Assembly (NCBI GenBank): GCA_027315185.1
Contig: DAHUYO010000004.1
Coordinates: forward strand, 3,005 to 67,004
Direction: 5' to 3'
Length of the DNA stretch: 64,000 bases
Origin: Acidobacteriota bacterium
Lineage (GTDB): Bacteria > Acidobacteriota > Terriglobia > Terriglobales > SCQP01
Shown here: positions 38,883 through 48,517 of the stretch, in pieces
How positions within the stretch are numbered: position 1 is the first letter of the stretch
Layout of the letters: each line of letters starts with the position of its first letter
Notes under the pieces: generated by a model
Database searches by the model: none
Told to the model about the DNA's origin: nothing
What the model saw: the letters and a program-made list of their open reading frames with translations, nothing else
Program-made: the position numbers and the translations under genes

Positions 38883-40160
38883 ATGAGGGCCGGGCTTTGC
38901 ATTTTGGCGCTGGCGTGCCTCCTGCCGCTGCGGGTTTGGGCGCAAGAGGGCTTTTTCCACACGGAAAACCGCGATGGCATCTGGTGGCTTGTGAACCCCC
39001 AGGGCCGGCGCACCTTGTCCATTGGGGTGGATCACATCAGCTACTACGGTGATCGGTTGAAGGGCGGCGGGCCGTCGCCCTACCTGACGGCAGTGAAGCG
39101 GGAATATCCCAGCGAAATGGGCTGGGACCTGGGCACCTTGGGCCGGCTGGAGCGGTGGGGGTTCAACACCATCGGCGCGTGGTCGGACCCGCGGTTGTGG
39201 AATTATCACGTGCCCTACGTGATGATCCTGAACATCGCCGCGCGGGCCGGCGCGAATTGGCGGAAGGGCAAGCCGGTGGACGTGTTTTCGCCGGAGTTTC
39301 CCAAGGTGGCGCGGGAGGTGGCCGACCAGGCCGGCATTCCGCGCACCGGCGACCACAATTTGATTGGGTATTTCAGCGACAACGAGCTGCGCTGGGGCGC
39401 GGATTGGCGGGGCAAGCAAAGCATGTTGATGATGTACCTGGCGATGCCGCTCAGTTCACCGGGGCATCAGCATGCCACGGAATTTCTGCGCGAGCGCTAT
39501 CGCGATAACGTTTCAGCGCTGGTGCGCGCCTGGGATATCCACAAACCCAAGGATTTCGACTACATCCGCCAGGCGGGAAAAACGCCGGCGTACCGCCAAG
39601 ACGCCGCCCGGTTTTTGGCGCGGGTGGCGACGCGGTATTTTCAGGTCTGCGCCAGCGCCATCCACCAGGCCGATCCCAATCATTTGTATTTGGGCGCGCG
39701 CTTTTCCTTGCCCGTGCCGGACGCCGTAGCCGAGGCGGCGCGGATCGCCGACGTGGTTTCGGTCAACATCTACGCGCGCAATCCGCGGCCCATCGTGCAA
39801 AAACTATACCGCCTCACGGGCAAGCCGATCCTCGTGACCGAATTCGCCTTTCGCGCGCAAGACTCCGGGCTGCCAAACACCCGCGGCGCGGGGCCCAAGG
39901 TCGCGAATGAAGCGGCGCGCGGAGCGGCCTACCGCGCCTTTGTCAGCGACTTGGAGAGCCTGCCGCAAGCGATCGGCTATCACTGGTTCGAATGGGCCGA
40001 TGAGCCGCCGCAGGGGCGGTTCGACGGCGAGAACTCCAATTACGGACTCGTCAACATCCACGATCAGCCGTATGCCCAATTCGTGGCCACCGTTCGGAAA
40101 GCCAACGCGGCGGCTGTGAACATTCATGCCCACTCCGCGCCGGGCGGACATGGGCCATAG
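38883..40160 (+). CDS. Secreted clan GH-A glycoside hydrolase (agarase/GH50-like)
   Basis: WWLVNPQG, WGFNTIGAWS, GYFSDNEL, PILVTEF, GYHWFEW.D. Confidence 0.75.
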   Translation: MRAGLCILALACLLPLRVWAQEGFFHTENRDGIWWLVNPQGRRTLSIGVDHISYYGDRLKGGGPSPYLTAVKREYPSEMGWDLGTLGRLERWGFNTIGAWSDPRLWNYHVPYVMILNIAARAGANWRKGKPVDVFSPEFPKVAREVADQAGIPRTGDHNLIGYFSDNELRWGADWRGKQSMLMMYLAMPLSSPGHQHATEFLRERYRDNVSALVRAWDIHKPKDFDYIRQAGKTPAYRQDAARFLARVATRYFQVCASAIHQADPNHLYLGARFSLPVPDAVAEAARIADVVSVNIYARNPRPIVQKLYRLTGKPILVTEFAFRAQDSGLPNTRGAGPKVANEAARGAAYRAFVSDLESLPQAIGYHWFEWADEPPQGRFDGENSNYGLVNIHDQPYAQFVATVRKANAAAVNIHAHSAPGGHGP

Positions 40161-40244
40161 ATCCGCGCCGGCAGGGCGCAGCCCTAAACTGCCCAGCCCG
40201 GCGGACATTTCAGGAAAACACGTGATCCCGTAGAAGGACCGACG

Positions 40245-42812
40245 ATGATGCGCAAACTGGCGAACTGCTCTTCCCTGCTGTTGATGCTAGCGATGATGAT
40301 GACCGCGGCGCCCGCGGCGCGGGCGCAGGATGCGCCGGCCAAGATTCCAGACATCGGCTGGCAGCGCGGCATCGGCGTGCCGCCGGCCGATCCCGGCCAC
40401 GCCAAGGACCATCCGATGATTGACGACGGCTACTTCAACGGGGCGCCGGTGGGGGGCTTTGGGGCGGGAACGATCGGCCGCAGCTACAGCGGGGATTTCG
40501 TGCGTTATCACCTCAAGATCGGGGCGCACAAATACGGCAATATTCCGTCCAATCAATTCGCCATCTTCACCCAGACCGCCGGCGGCAAGCGCTATGCGCA
40601 GGCGCTATGGACCGGCCAGCCGCAAGTGTTGAAAAGCTGGAATTGGCGCTACCCGGTCGGCGGCGGCGATTACCACGCGCTCTATCCCAAGTCTTGGTTC
40701 GTGTACCGCAACGCCCAACTGCCGATCCAGGCGACGGTGGAGCAATTCTCGCCCATCCTGCCCAACAACTACCGGCAGACGAGCTACCCGGTGGCGCTGT
40801 ACAACTGGACCCTGCACAACCCCACCAGCCAGCCGGTGAAGGTGGGCATCCTGTTTTCCTGGACCAACATGGTCGGCTGGTTCCGCAACTTCTCGCACGA
40901 CTTGGACCAGAACTCGACCGACGACTATGACACGGTGCGCAGCCAAATGACGCCCGCGGGGCGGATGGTGGGGGTGGTTTTCAACCGGCGGCGCTTCGGA
41001 CCGGTCACCCAGGACTGGGATGGCGAGTACGCCATCGCCTCCCTGGACTTGCCGGGGGTCAAAATCAGCACGCACGCGACGTTTTTGGCGGATGGAAACG
41101 GCGGGGTGATTTGGCGAAGCTTTTCCCGCACGGGGGCCCTGGATAATGGCGGGCCGAACTGGACCTCCAGCGGCGAGGCGCTGGCCGGAGCGCTGGCGGC
41201 AACGGTGACCTTGGCGCCGGGCGAAACGCGGGTGATCCCGATGGTGCTGGCGTGGGATTTGCCGCGGGCGCAGTTTGGCGACGGCACGCAATGGTTCCGG
41301 CGGTACACGGCCTTCTTTGGCGCCAGCGGGCAAAATGCCTGGCGCATCGCGGCCGACGGCTTGCGGCACGACGCGCAATGGAGCGCGGCGATTGACCGCT
41401 GGCAGGCGCCGTACATCGCCGATCATTCCACGCCGGCCTGGTACCGCGGCATGTTGTTCAACGAGATGTACGACCTGGCCGACGGCGGTACGCTGTGGAC
41501 CAACGGCAGCCATCCGGCACGGCCCGGGGCTCCGCCTCCGCTCCCCAGCGCCGCGCGGGCGCGCAACGTGGGCCAATTCACCTATATGGAGTGCTTCGAC
41601 TATCCCTTCTACTCCACGCTGGACGTCAGGTTTTACGGCTCGATGGCGTTGGTGTATTGGTGGCCAAGGCTGGACAAGGCGGTCATGGACACATTCGCCG
41701 ACAGCGTGAAGCAAAACCTGACGACGGTGCGCAGGGTGCAGTGGTCGCAGAAGTTGGCGCCGCGAAAGCTGCGGGGCGCGGTGCCGCACGACCTGGGCGC
41801 GCCGGACGAGGATCCGCTGATCGCCTTCAACAATTACGACTGGCAGAACGTAAACATCTGGAAAGACCTGAACACAAAATATGTGCTGCTGGTCTGGCGA
41901 GACTATTATCTGACCGGAAAAAAGGACCGCCGGTTCTTGGCCTACAACTGGCCTTCGGTGGTGCTGGCGCTTGATTACCTGAAGCGGTTCGACACGCAAC
42001 ACCTCGATTTGCCGGAAAACAGCGGCGTTCCAGACCAGACCTACGATGTCTGGCCGATGCGCGGCGTCAGCGCCTACTGCGGAGGACTGTGGCTGGCGGC
42101 GTTGAAGGCCGCGGTCAAGATGGGCGATGCGCTGGGCCACCGGGCTGCGGCGGCGAAATTCGAGCGCTGGTTTCGGACCGGGCAGAGAAATTATGAGCGG
42201 CTGTTGTGGAATGGGCGGTATTTCAACTTCGATACCGGCAGCCCCTACAAGAACAACGTGATGGCGGACCAATTGTGCGGGCAATGGTATGCCGACATCA
42301 CCGGTCTGGGAGCGATCGTGCCGCCGGCGGAGGTGAAGAAAACCCTGCGCACGATCTTCCGGCTGAACGTCATGGATTTCGAGCATGGCCAGATGGGCGC
42401 GGTGAATGGCATCGAACCCGATGGACAGTTGCTGCACAGCAACGAACAGATTCAGGAAGTGTGGACGGGCGTCACCTTCGGGCTGGCGTCGTTTTACCTC
42501 TCGGAAGGCATGCCGCGGCGGGCGTTCGCCACGGCCAAGGGCATCTACAACGTGGTGTACAGCCGGGGGTATTGGTTCCGGACGCCGGAGGCCTGGAACG
42601 ACACGGGTAATTTTCGCGCCTCCATGTACATGCGCCCGCTGGCGATCTGGGCCATGCAGATTTCCCTCCAGCAACACGGCGCGGGGGCGCCCGGCGGCGG
42701 CGCAGGGTGGGTGCGGCGAGGCCACGCGCCCGTTCGCCTTGGGGGCTGGCGTCGCGCAGCGGCGCCCGGCGCGGCGATGGTACCGGCCGCGCACCCACCG
42801 TCAACCAAATAG
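40245..42812 (+). CDS. GH116 beta-glucosidase/glucosylceramidase, secreted
   Basis: GGFGAGTIGR, YMECFDY, TLDVRFY, PHDLG, DQTYDVW, FRTPEAW, YMRPLAIW. Confidence 0.9.
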   Translation: MMRKLANCSSLLLMLAMMMTAAPAARAQDAPAKIPDIGWQRGIGVPPADPGHAKDHPMIDDGYFNGAPVGGFGAGTIGRSYSGDFVRYHLKIGAHKYGNIPSNQFAIFTQTAGGKRYAQALWTGQPQVLKSWNWRYPVGGGDYHALYPKSWFVYRNAQLPIQATVEQFSPILPNNYRQTSYPVALYNWTLHNPTSQPVKVGILFSWTNMVGWFRNFSHDLDQNSTDDYDTVRSQMTPAGRMVGVVFNRRRFGPVTQDWDGEYAIASLDLPGVKISTHATFLADGNGGVIWRSFSRTGALDNGGPNWTSSGEALAGALAATVTLAPGETRVIPMVLAWDLPRAQFGDGTQWFRRYTAFFGASGQNAWRIAADGLRHDAQWSAAIDRWQAPYIADHSTPAWYRGMLFNEMYDLADGGTLWTNGSHPARPGAPPPLPSAARARNVGQFTYMECFDYPFYSTLDVRFYGSMALVYWWPRLDKAVMDTFADSVKQNLTTVRRVQWSQKLAPRKLRGAVPHDLGAPDEDPLIAFNNYDWQNVNIWKDLNTKYVLLVWRDYYLTGKKDRRFLAYNWPSVVLALDYLKRFDTQHLDLPENSGVPDQTYDVWPMRGVSAYCGGLWLAALKAAVKMGDALGHRAAAAKFERWFRTGQRNYERLLWNGRYFNFDTGSPYKNNVMADQLCGQWYADITGLGAIVPPAEVKKTLRTIFRLNVMDFEHGQMGAVNGIEPDGQLLHSNEQIQEVWTGVTFGLASFYLSEGMPRRAFATAKGIYNVVYSRGYWFRTPEAWNDTGNFRASMYMRPLAIWAMQISLQQHGAGAPGGGAGWVRRGHAPVRLGGWRRAAAPGAAMVPAAHPPSTK

Positions 42813-44333
42813 TTCGAGGGACTCCGGGGAGCGGGAGTGGACGCGCAGCCTGCCGGATTCGAGGCCCAGAAGGTCAACACCGAGATGGGCGTTCAGGAAG
42901 TCGACCGGCCACGAGTCTGCATTGATCCGCGCCGCGAGCGCGATGACGATCCTGCGGGGTGAATCGGACTCCCTCGCGCGCAGCCAGTCGTAGTGGAGCG
43001 CCTGCCCCAGCGCGTACCGCAGCCTTGGCGCGAGGTTCCGCTGAGTGACGCTCTTCACCTCGACGAGGAACTCAACCTGGCGGTGTGCGATGAGCAGGTC
43101 GACGGAGCTCGGATCGTCGAATACGCGGGCGCCCTTCGCGCTGCAGGTTTGCGCGATCAGCAGAACCATCTCGTCGTGGAGGCGGTGGGCGCTGGTGGCC
43201 AGATCCGCGCGGTACACGGATTGGATTGTCGCGCCGCCCGGCGGGGGCGTTGGGAGCTCGCCAGCGCCGAACGGGCGGAGCCGGACCGCGCCGCCGGGGC
43301 TGCCGGGCGGCGCGCCGCCGCGGAGATCGTCCTCTTCTGGGCCGCCGACGAATTCTGTCCGCGTATCCTCCGCCGCGGTGGTGGGGTCAGGCAGCGCAGG
43401 GATGCTGAGGTCTATGCCGCCGAATTCCGAATACCAGCGCAGGCGATCCTCGGTGGCCATCCCCCCGGGCTCCCAGAAGCTTCCCGGGGCGGCCAGAGCG
43501 GCGCAGATCCCGTCAATCTCCTCAGCGTGGGCGCGGCCGAAGTCGCTCAGCGTCAGGCGCGTCGGCCGGCCCGGGTCGCGGGAGAAGATCAGCGTGCCAC
43601 CGAGGAACTTGGCCCAATCCTGCGCGTTGCGGAGGTTCCCCGCGGGCGGGAGGCCGGGCCCGCTGGTTCGCCCGGTTTCGATCGCCTGCGCACACGCCGC
43701 CGCCTCCCCGTTGGTCGCACAGCGCATCAGGTAGCACTGGAGGTCTGCGACGGAAAGCTCGGGGACGGACCCGATGTCGCCGAGCCTCCGGATGACGCTC
43801 CACACAAGGGCCGCCGGGCGCAGCCGGACCCCCGCAAGCCATTGCACGGTGGCGAGGGTGCCGCCCTCGCGGCCGCCGCCGGTGCCGCCCGCGGCGCCCA
43901 GCGCAACGTGGTGCCCGTTCGGATACTGGAACCGCAACGCCTGGAGGGTCATCGTCTCGGAGAAGCCCATTGATCCGTCGAGGAACGCCATGCCGAGCGG
44001 CGTCAGGGTAATCGCCCGGGTGGCCGTGAGGGAATAGATCAGCCCGAGTTCGCTGAGGCTCTGCTGGTAGTCGCGCCACGCGTCGGGCTGGCCGCTGTCC
44101 TCCCGGATGTTGGGCGTCCACTGCCGGTTGGCGATCAGATAATCGTTGATCCGCGCGGCGGGGTCGGCGTCGCCCGAGAACCGGTTGGCCGCCCACAAGG
44201 TGTGGTAAAGGTGAGCGGGCGTAACGCGGCCCATGTGGTGGGTAATGCGCCATGTGAACCCGGGGTAGGGTGGATCGGGAAACAAGGTCTCCTCAGCCGA
44301 AGCGCTCGATCGCTTCGCGGATCTTCCTGCCAA
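42801..44333 (-). CDS. Putative restriction endonuclease (AlwI-like N-terminus, C-terminal PD-(D/E)XK domain)
   Basis: ELGLI...LTPLG...FQYPN segment; C-terminal VDLL...EVKS...ALGQ..Y; overlaps the MTase stop. Confidence 0.7.
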   Translation of the reverse strand: MAGRSAKRSSASAEETLFPDPPYPGFTWRITHHMGRVTPAHLYHTLWAANRFSGDADPAARINDYLIANRQWTPNIREDSGQPDAWRDYQQSLSELGLIYSLTATRAITLTPLGMAFLDGSMGFSETMTLQALRFQYPNGHHVALGAAGGTGGGREGGTLATVQWLAGVRLRPAALVWSVIRRLGDIGSVPELSVADLQCYLMRCATNGEAAACAQAIETGRTSGPGLPPAGNLRNAQDWAKFLGGTLIFSRDPGRPTRLTLSDFGRAHAEEIDGICAALAAPGSFWEPGGMATEDRLRWYSEFGGIDLSIPALPDPTTAAEDTRTEFVGGPEEDDLRGGAPPGSPGGAVRLRPFGAGELPTPPPGGATIQSVYRADLATSAHRLHDEMVLLIAQTCSAKGARVFDDPSSVDLLIAHRQVEFLVEVKSVTQRNLAPRLRYALGQALHYDWLRARESDSPRRIVIALAARINADSWPVDFLNAHLGVDLLGLESGRLRVHSRSPESLELFG

Positions 44334-45486
44334 CCTCGTACGCCAAGAGGGGGGGAACCGCGTTTCCCACCTGCCGGTATTGGGCGGTCGAAGTCCCGCG
44401 GAAGGCGTACCAGTCGGGGAAGCTCTGGAGCCGGGCGGCCTCCCGGACGGTGATCACGCGCGGTTCGTGCGGGTGGATATGCGGGCGTCCGCCGCCGCCA
44501 CCGGAACCGACGAGGACGGTGCCGGATGGGCGGTCAGGGTCGATCCGGTCGGTGTGGTCGGTCCGGTCGCGGCCCCCGGGCTCGACCCAGCGGTAGCGCT
44601 CACGCACCCGCGGGCCGTGCTCGCGTACGCTGTGGTTCGGCAGGCCGTCGACGGCCTGCAGGGCCCATGAGCTGGGGAGCCCGCCCCCCCTTGCGGTTAG
44701 CGCGGAGATGACTGCGTCCGCCCCGGGGCCGGTGGGGCTCCGCGGAAACTCGAATCGGGCGTTCTCCCGGAGGCCGACCATAATCACGCGCTCACGGATT
44801 TGGGGCACGCCGAGGTCCTGCGCGTTCAGCCGCGTAACGTGGAGGTGGTAGCCCGTTTTTTGCTGGGCGTAAGCGGCGAGCCTCCTCCAATCCTCGCCCC
44901 TGTTCACGGTGAGGAGACCTGGGACGTTCTCGAACAGGAACGCCTTCGGGCGGATCTCCGCGACGAGGTCGAAATATTTGAGTGCGAGCTTGCCGCGCGG
45001 GTCGGCCAGGGCGCCGCGTTGGCCAAGGATGCTGAACGATTGGCACGGGGGCCCCGCTGCGACGAGGTCGACGTCGGCGGTACCCGCGAGGGCGCACAGC
45101 GCCTCTTTGGTCAGCGCAAGGGCGTCCATCGTGCAGCCCCTTGCCCCCGGCAGATTGCTCACGACGGTGTCGACGAACGCCGGCGCTACGTCGCTCGCCA
45201 CGACCGTTCCGAACCCGGCGAAGCCGAGGCCGAGATCGAGCCCGCCTCCCCCGCAGAACAGGGAGATGAGGGTGTGGGGCGGCTCTCTCAACAGCGCCTT
45301 CCTAAACGCCCTAAGGCGCGCAAGGTACGGGTTGGGGGATCCCCCACTGCTGCTCGAAACGCGCCGCAGGGCGCCCCAGAACGGGAGCGGCAGGCTCTCC
45401 GGCGCCGGCGGCCGGAACGGCCCAGGCGCGGGCCCGCGGCCATGCCGCGGGCCCGCCTCCACAGGGTTTGCGCGAGTACGGTCCAT
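44293..45486 (-). CDS. DNA (cytosine-5) methyltransferase
   Basis: LFCGGGG (motif I), GPPCQSFS (IV), ENVPG (VI), QIRER (VIII), REAARLQSFPD (IX), QVGNAV (X); start uncertain. Confidence 0.95.
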   Translation of the reverse strand: MDRTRANPVEAGPRHGRGPAPGPFRPPAPESLPLPFWGALRRVSSSSGGSPNPYLARLRAFRKALLREPPHTLISLFCGGGGLDLGLGFAGFGTVVASDVAPAFVDTVVSNLPGARGCTMDALALTKEALCALAGTADVDLVAAGPPCQSFSILGQRGALADPRGKLALKYFDLVAEIRPKAFLFENVPGLLTVNRGEDWRRLAAYAQQKTGYHLHVTRLNAQDLGVPQIRERVIMVGLRENARFEFPRSPTGPGADAVISALTARGGGLPSSWALQAVDGLPNHSVREHGPRVRERYRWVEPGGRDRTDHTDRIDPDRPSGTVLVGSGGGGGRPHIHPHEPRVITVREAARLQSFPDWYAFRGTSTAQYRQVGNAVPPLLAYEVGRKIREAIERFG

Positions 45487-45568
45487 GTTTAATCTCGACA
45501 AAAGATAGCAGACCCGGGGCCCTTAGTATACGGGAGCCCCGCGGCCAAGCTCCCGCGGCGGCCGCCCG

Positions 45569-45976
45569 CTAGCCAGAGAGGAAGGCGCTGACGCGGCCCG
45601 CCAGCGCTTGTCGGTCCTCCGTTTGGCATTCCCAGATGACCAAGCAGCTCCAACCCATCGCGGCAAGCCGCCGGCGCACGCGCTTGTCCCTCGCAGCGTT
45701 CCCCTCCAGCTTCGGTCGCCAGTAATCGAGCCGCGACTTGGGCGGGCGGCACCTGCGGCACCCGCGGTGAAGGTGCCAGAAGCAGCCGTTGACGAAGATA
45801 ACCTTCCGCCTCGCCTTGAACACCAGGTCCGGCCGCCCCGGCATCCCCGCCGCGTGAAGGCGGTAGCCGTACCCGAGGCTCCGCACGACGCGGCGGACGG
45901 CGAGCTCCGGCCGGGTTCCCCTCGACCGGATCAGCGCCATCCGCGCGCTGCGCTGGGCCCGTGTCAGTATGTCCAT
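45569..45976 (-). CDS. vsr: Very short patch repair endonuclease
   Basis: MD...RS..M..I....TRPE, PGRPD, FVNGCFWH, IWEC. Confidence 0.95.
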   Translation of the reverse strand: MDILTRAQRSARMALIRSRGTRPELAVRRVVRSLGYGYRLHAAGMPGRPDLVFKARRKVIFVNGCFWHLHRGCRRCRPPKSRLDYWRPKLEGNAARDKRVRRRLAAMGWSCLVIWECQTEDRQALAGRVSAFLSG

Positions 45977-46182
45977 CCGCCGGCCCCCTCCCTCGAATTT
46001 ACGACCCCGCGGGTTGCCGCGGCAAGCGGGGCGGCTGCCGTTGCCTCGAGCCGCTCCGGCTACGGTCCGGCACGAGTCATTTGCCTGCGCGCCCTAGGGC
46101 CGGGCGCTAAGAGCACCCGCCGGAGGCGCGGCGGCCCAAGCCGCCGTGCGTGGCACAATCAGAACGGAAGGAGACACACCGC

Positions 46183-46638
46183 TTGGGAAACGTCAATCAC
46201 GATCAGGCCAATTTGGTTCTGCGTTTGTATGAAGAACGGCGCGAGGCGCGGCTGCGCGAGGCGCGGGAATGGTACATCGCCCACTATCATCCGCAGAAGC
46301 CCGAGGATACGGTGACGCTGGCGCCGCCAGGCTCGCGGGAGAACGCCAACGTACGCATGATGACCAGCTATTGGGGCATGGTGGCGGCGATCGTGAACCG
46401 GGGACTGATTGACGAAGAGTTCTTCTATGAAACCTCGGGCGGCGAACTCTGGATCGTGTGGGAACGGCTGAAAGCGGTCGCGCCAGAGATGCGAAAACGG
46501 ATGAAGAATCCGCATGCATGGGCGGGAATCGAACGGCTGGCCACGGGCTTCGAAGCCTGGCGGGAGAAGAACGCTCCGGGCGCCAATGACGCCATGCGGC
46601 AGATGATGGCGGCCCCTGCGGCGGCACGGAAGAGCTAG
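46183..46638 (+). CDS. Hypothetical protein (DUF4760-like)
   Basis: LRLYEERRE..LREAREW, SYW...A; GAAGGAG RBS before TTG. Confidence 0.65.
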   Translation: MGNVNHDQANLVLRLYEERREARLREAREWYIAHYHPQKPEDTVTLAPPGSRENANVRMMTSYWGMVAAIVNRGLIDEEFFYETSGGELWIVWERLKAVAPEMRKRMKNPHAWAGIERLATGFEAWREKNAPGANDAMRQMMAAPAAARKS

Positions 46639-46743
46639 GCCCCCGCGCGGCCGGCGATAGCCAGCCGGTGCGGTGGTGGCGTGCTGGTTTTGGTCTTTCC
46701 GCACACGTGCGGACGGTGGCGGCAATCTTCGGACAAAGCGCGG

Positions 46744-47496
46744 CTAGACCCCGTGCAGCGCGGGATCCCAGATGAACTTGTGAATCTGGAAGCTCAGGCG
46801 GACGGGAAGCCCGTCGGCCAGAATCCACTCCGCCAGTTCGCGGGGATCCAGTAGGCATTGGCCAGCCGAACGCTCGCCCTGCGCGGTCGGCCGGAACGCG
46901 GGAGAAAAATGCAGGTGGGCGACGCGCTCCGCCAAGCGGTGGCGGCGGAGAAAATCGCGGGCAAATTCGTAATCGCCGCGGTCCGCGAGGACGAATTTGA
47001 TCTCATCGTGCGGCTGGAGCGCGGATAGGTTTTCGTGGCGAAAGGCTCCGGCCTCGCCGCTGGCGGGGCATTTGACGTCCACGATCTTGACCACCGCCGG
47101 CGGCACCGCTTCCAAGGGTCGTTCCCCGCTGGTCTCCAGCAAAACGGTGTGGCCGCGGGCCAGCAGCTCGCGCGATAGAGCGACGACGGCGGGGGTTTGC
47201 AGCAGGGGCTCGCCGCCCGTGATCTCGACCAATGGGGTGGCGAAGGCGGCAACGGCAGCGGCGACCTCATCCAGCGCCATGCGGCGGCCGCCGTGGAAGG
47301 AATACACGGTGTCGCACCAACCGCAGCGCAAGTTGCAGCCGGTGAAGCGAACGAAGACGCAGGGGCGGCCCGCAAAGCTGGACTCGCCCTGAAGGGAGCG
47401 AAAAATCTCCGTGATCTGCGCGAAGACGGGACGGTCGTTGGCCGCGGCCTCGGCGTCAGCCTTCGCTATAGGTGGCTGAAGTGGTGTCGGTTTCAT
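46744..47496 (-). CDS. queE: 7-carboxy-7-deazaguanine synthase (radical SAM)
   Basis: EIFRSLQGE, CNLRCGWCDT, TGGEPL, QIHK. Confidence 0.92.
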   Translation of the reverse strand: MKPTPLQPPIAKADAEAAANDRPVFAQITEIFRSLQGESSFAGRPCVFVRFTGCNLRCGWCDTVYSFHGGRRMALDEVAAAVAAFATPLVEITGGEPLLQTPAVVALSRELLARGHTVLLETSGERPLEAVPPAVVKIVDVKCPASGEAGAFRHENLSALQPHDEIKFVLADRGDYEFARDFLRRHRLAERVAHLHFSPAFRPTAQGERSAGQCLLDPRELAEWILADGLPVRLSFQIHKFIWDPALHGV

Positions 47497-47827
47497 AGAC
47501 CGTCACCGCGTTGAGGCGCGCCCCATTGGCCGAGAAGCGGGGCCGAAGCAGGTCATAGAAGCGCTTGGCAATATTCTCCGCGGAGGGATTGACCGCGGCG
47601 AAGTCGGGGAGATCGTTGAGGAACTGATGGTCAAAGGTGGCAACAACGGCGCGCAACTCGGTCTTGATGGCCGCGAAGTCCTGGAGCAGGCCGATGGCAT
47701 CGAGGTGATCGCCGCGCAACTGCACGCGGACGCGATAGTTGTGGCCGTGCGGATTCTCGCACTTGCCGCGGTAACCGCGCAGGGCATGGCCGGCGGCAAA
47801 GGTTTCTTCCACGCTGACCTCGAACAC
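47456..47827 (-). CDS. queD: 6-carboxytetrahydropterin synthase
   Basis: FAAGH, CENPHGHNY, DHQFLND, PSAENIA. Confidence 0.92.
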   Translation of the reverse strand: MFEVSVEETFAAGHALRGYRGKCENPHGHNYRVRVQLRGDHLDAIGLLQDFAAIKTELRAVVATFDHQFLNDLPDFAAVNPSAENIAKRFYDLLRPRFSANGARLNAVTVYETDTTSATYSEG

Positions 47828-47907
47828 AGAAACATTATCGCAAAAGACACCCGGCGCCTGGGCGGCGCGGCGCTCCCGGCGGCGCATCCCATCGCCGGGA
47901 GCGAGCG

Positions 47908-48306
47908 GTGAACTGGGCAGCGTGGATCCAAAATGCGGCATTGGGCATGCTGGCGGCGAGCCTAGTGGATTTTGTCGAGCGGAAGCCGCCGGAAAAGGGC
48001 GATTGGACGCAGGTGGCGGGCGTCGTGGGCCGTTGGGCGGTAGGCGGCGCGATGGCGGCCGGCTATGCCCGCCTGGTGCCGCGGGAGCATTGGGGCGTGA
48101 GGTCGGGCATCGCCTTCGCGCGGTTGCCGGTGGTGATGACCCTGCAGGAAGCGCTGGGCGCCGGCGGCGCAGCGGGACGGACGGCGGAATTCGCCGCTTG
48201 GGGAGCAGTCGCCGGAGTGCTGGTCCGCCTGTTTGGGGCGGGGCCAGGAAACGACGCGGAAAGCGAATTGGTGCTGCGGTTACCGCGACGTGCCTTGGGC
48301 CGGTGA
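47908..48306 (+). CDS. Hypothetical membrane protein
   Basis: Several hydrophobic segments, GTG start. Confidence 0.45.
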   Translation: MNWAAWIQNAALGMLAASLVDFVERKPPEKGDWTQVAGVVGRWAVGGAMAAGYARLVPREHWGVRSGIAFARLPVVMTLQEALGAGGAAGRTAEFAAWGAVAGVLVRLFGAGPGNDAESELVLRLPRRALGR

Positions 48307-48517
48307 TGGTGGGCTGTTGCTCTGGCCGGCCGCGGGCCGCCCGGCGGAATGTCGCAGCCGTTTCCGTTTCCCGCCATTTTTCCCCCAGTGCAAATGGCGC
48401 GACCCGGCGACAGGAGCCCCGAGGCTGCCGGAAGCGCGAACCGAGTGCCGATAGGACACCGCCTTCCGGCGCGCATGCGCTTGCCAACCTCCGCTGCGGA
48501 GGGGTGATTGCGCGATG

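Noticed and set aside
40605-42794. 729-aa minus-strand ORF and similar long overlapping ORFs (e.g. 10047-11729, 14127-15707)
   Set aside because: Shadow ORFs expected at this GC content; Arg/Pro/Ala-rich with no motifs
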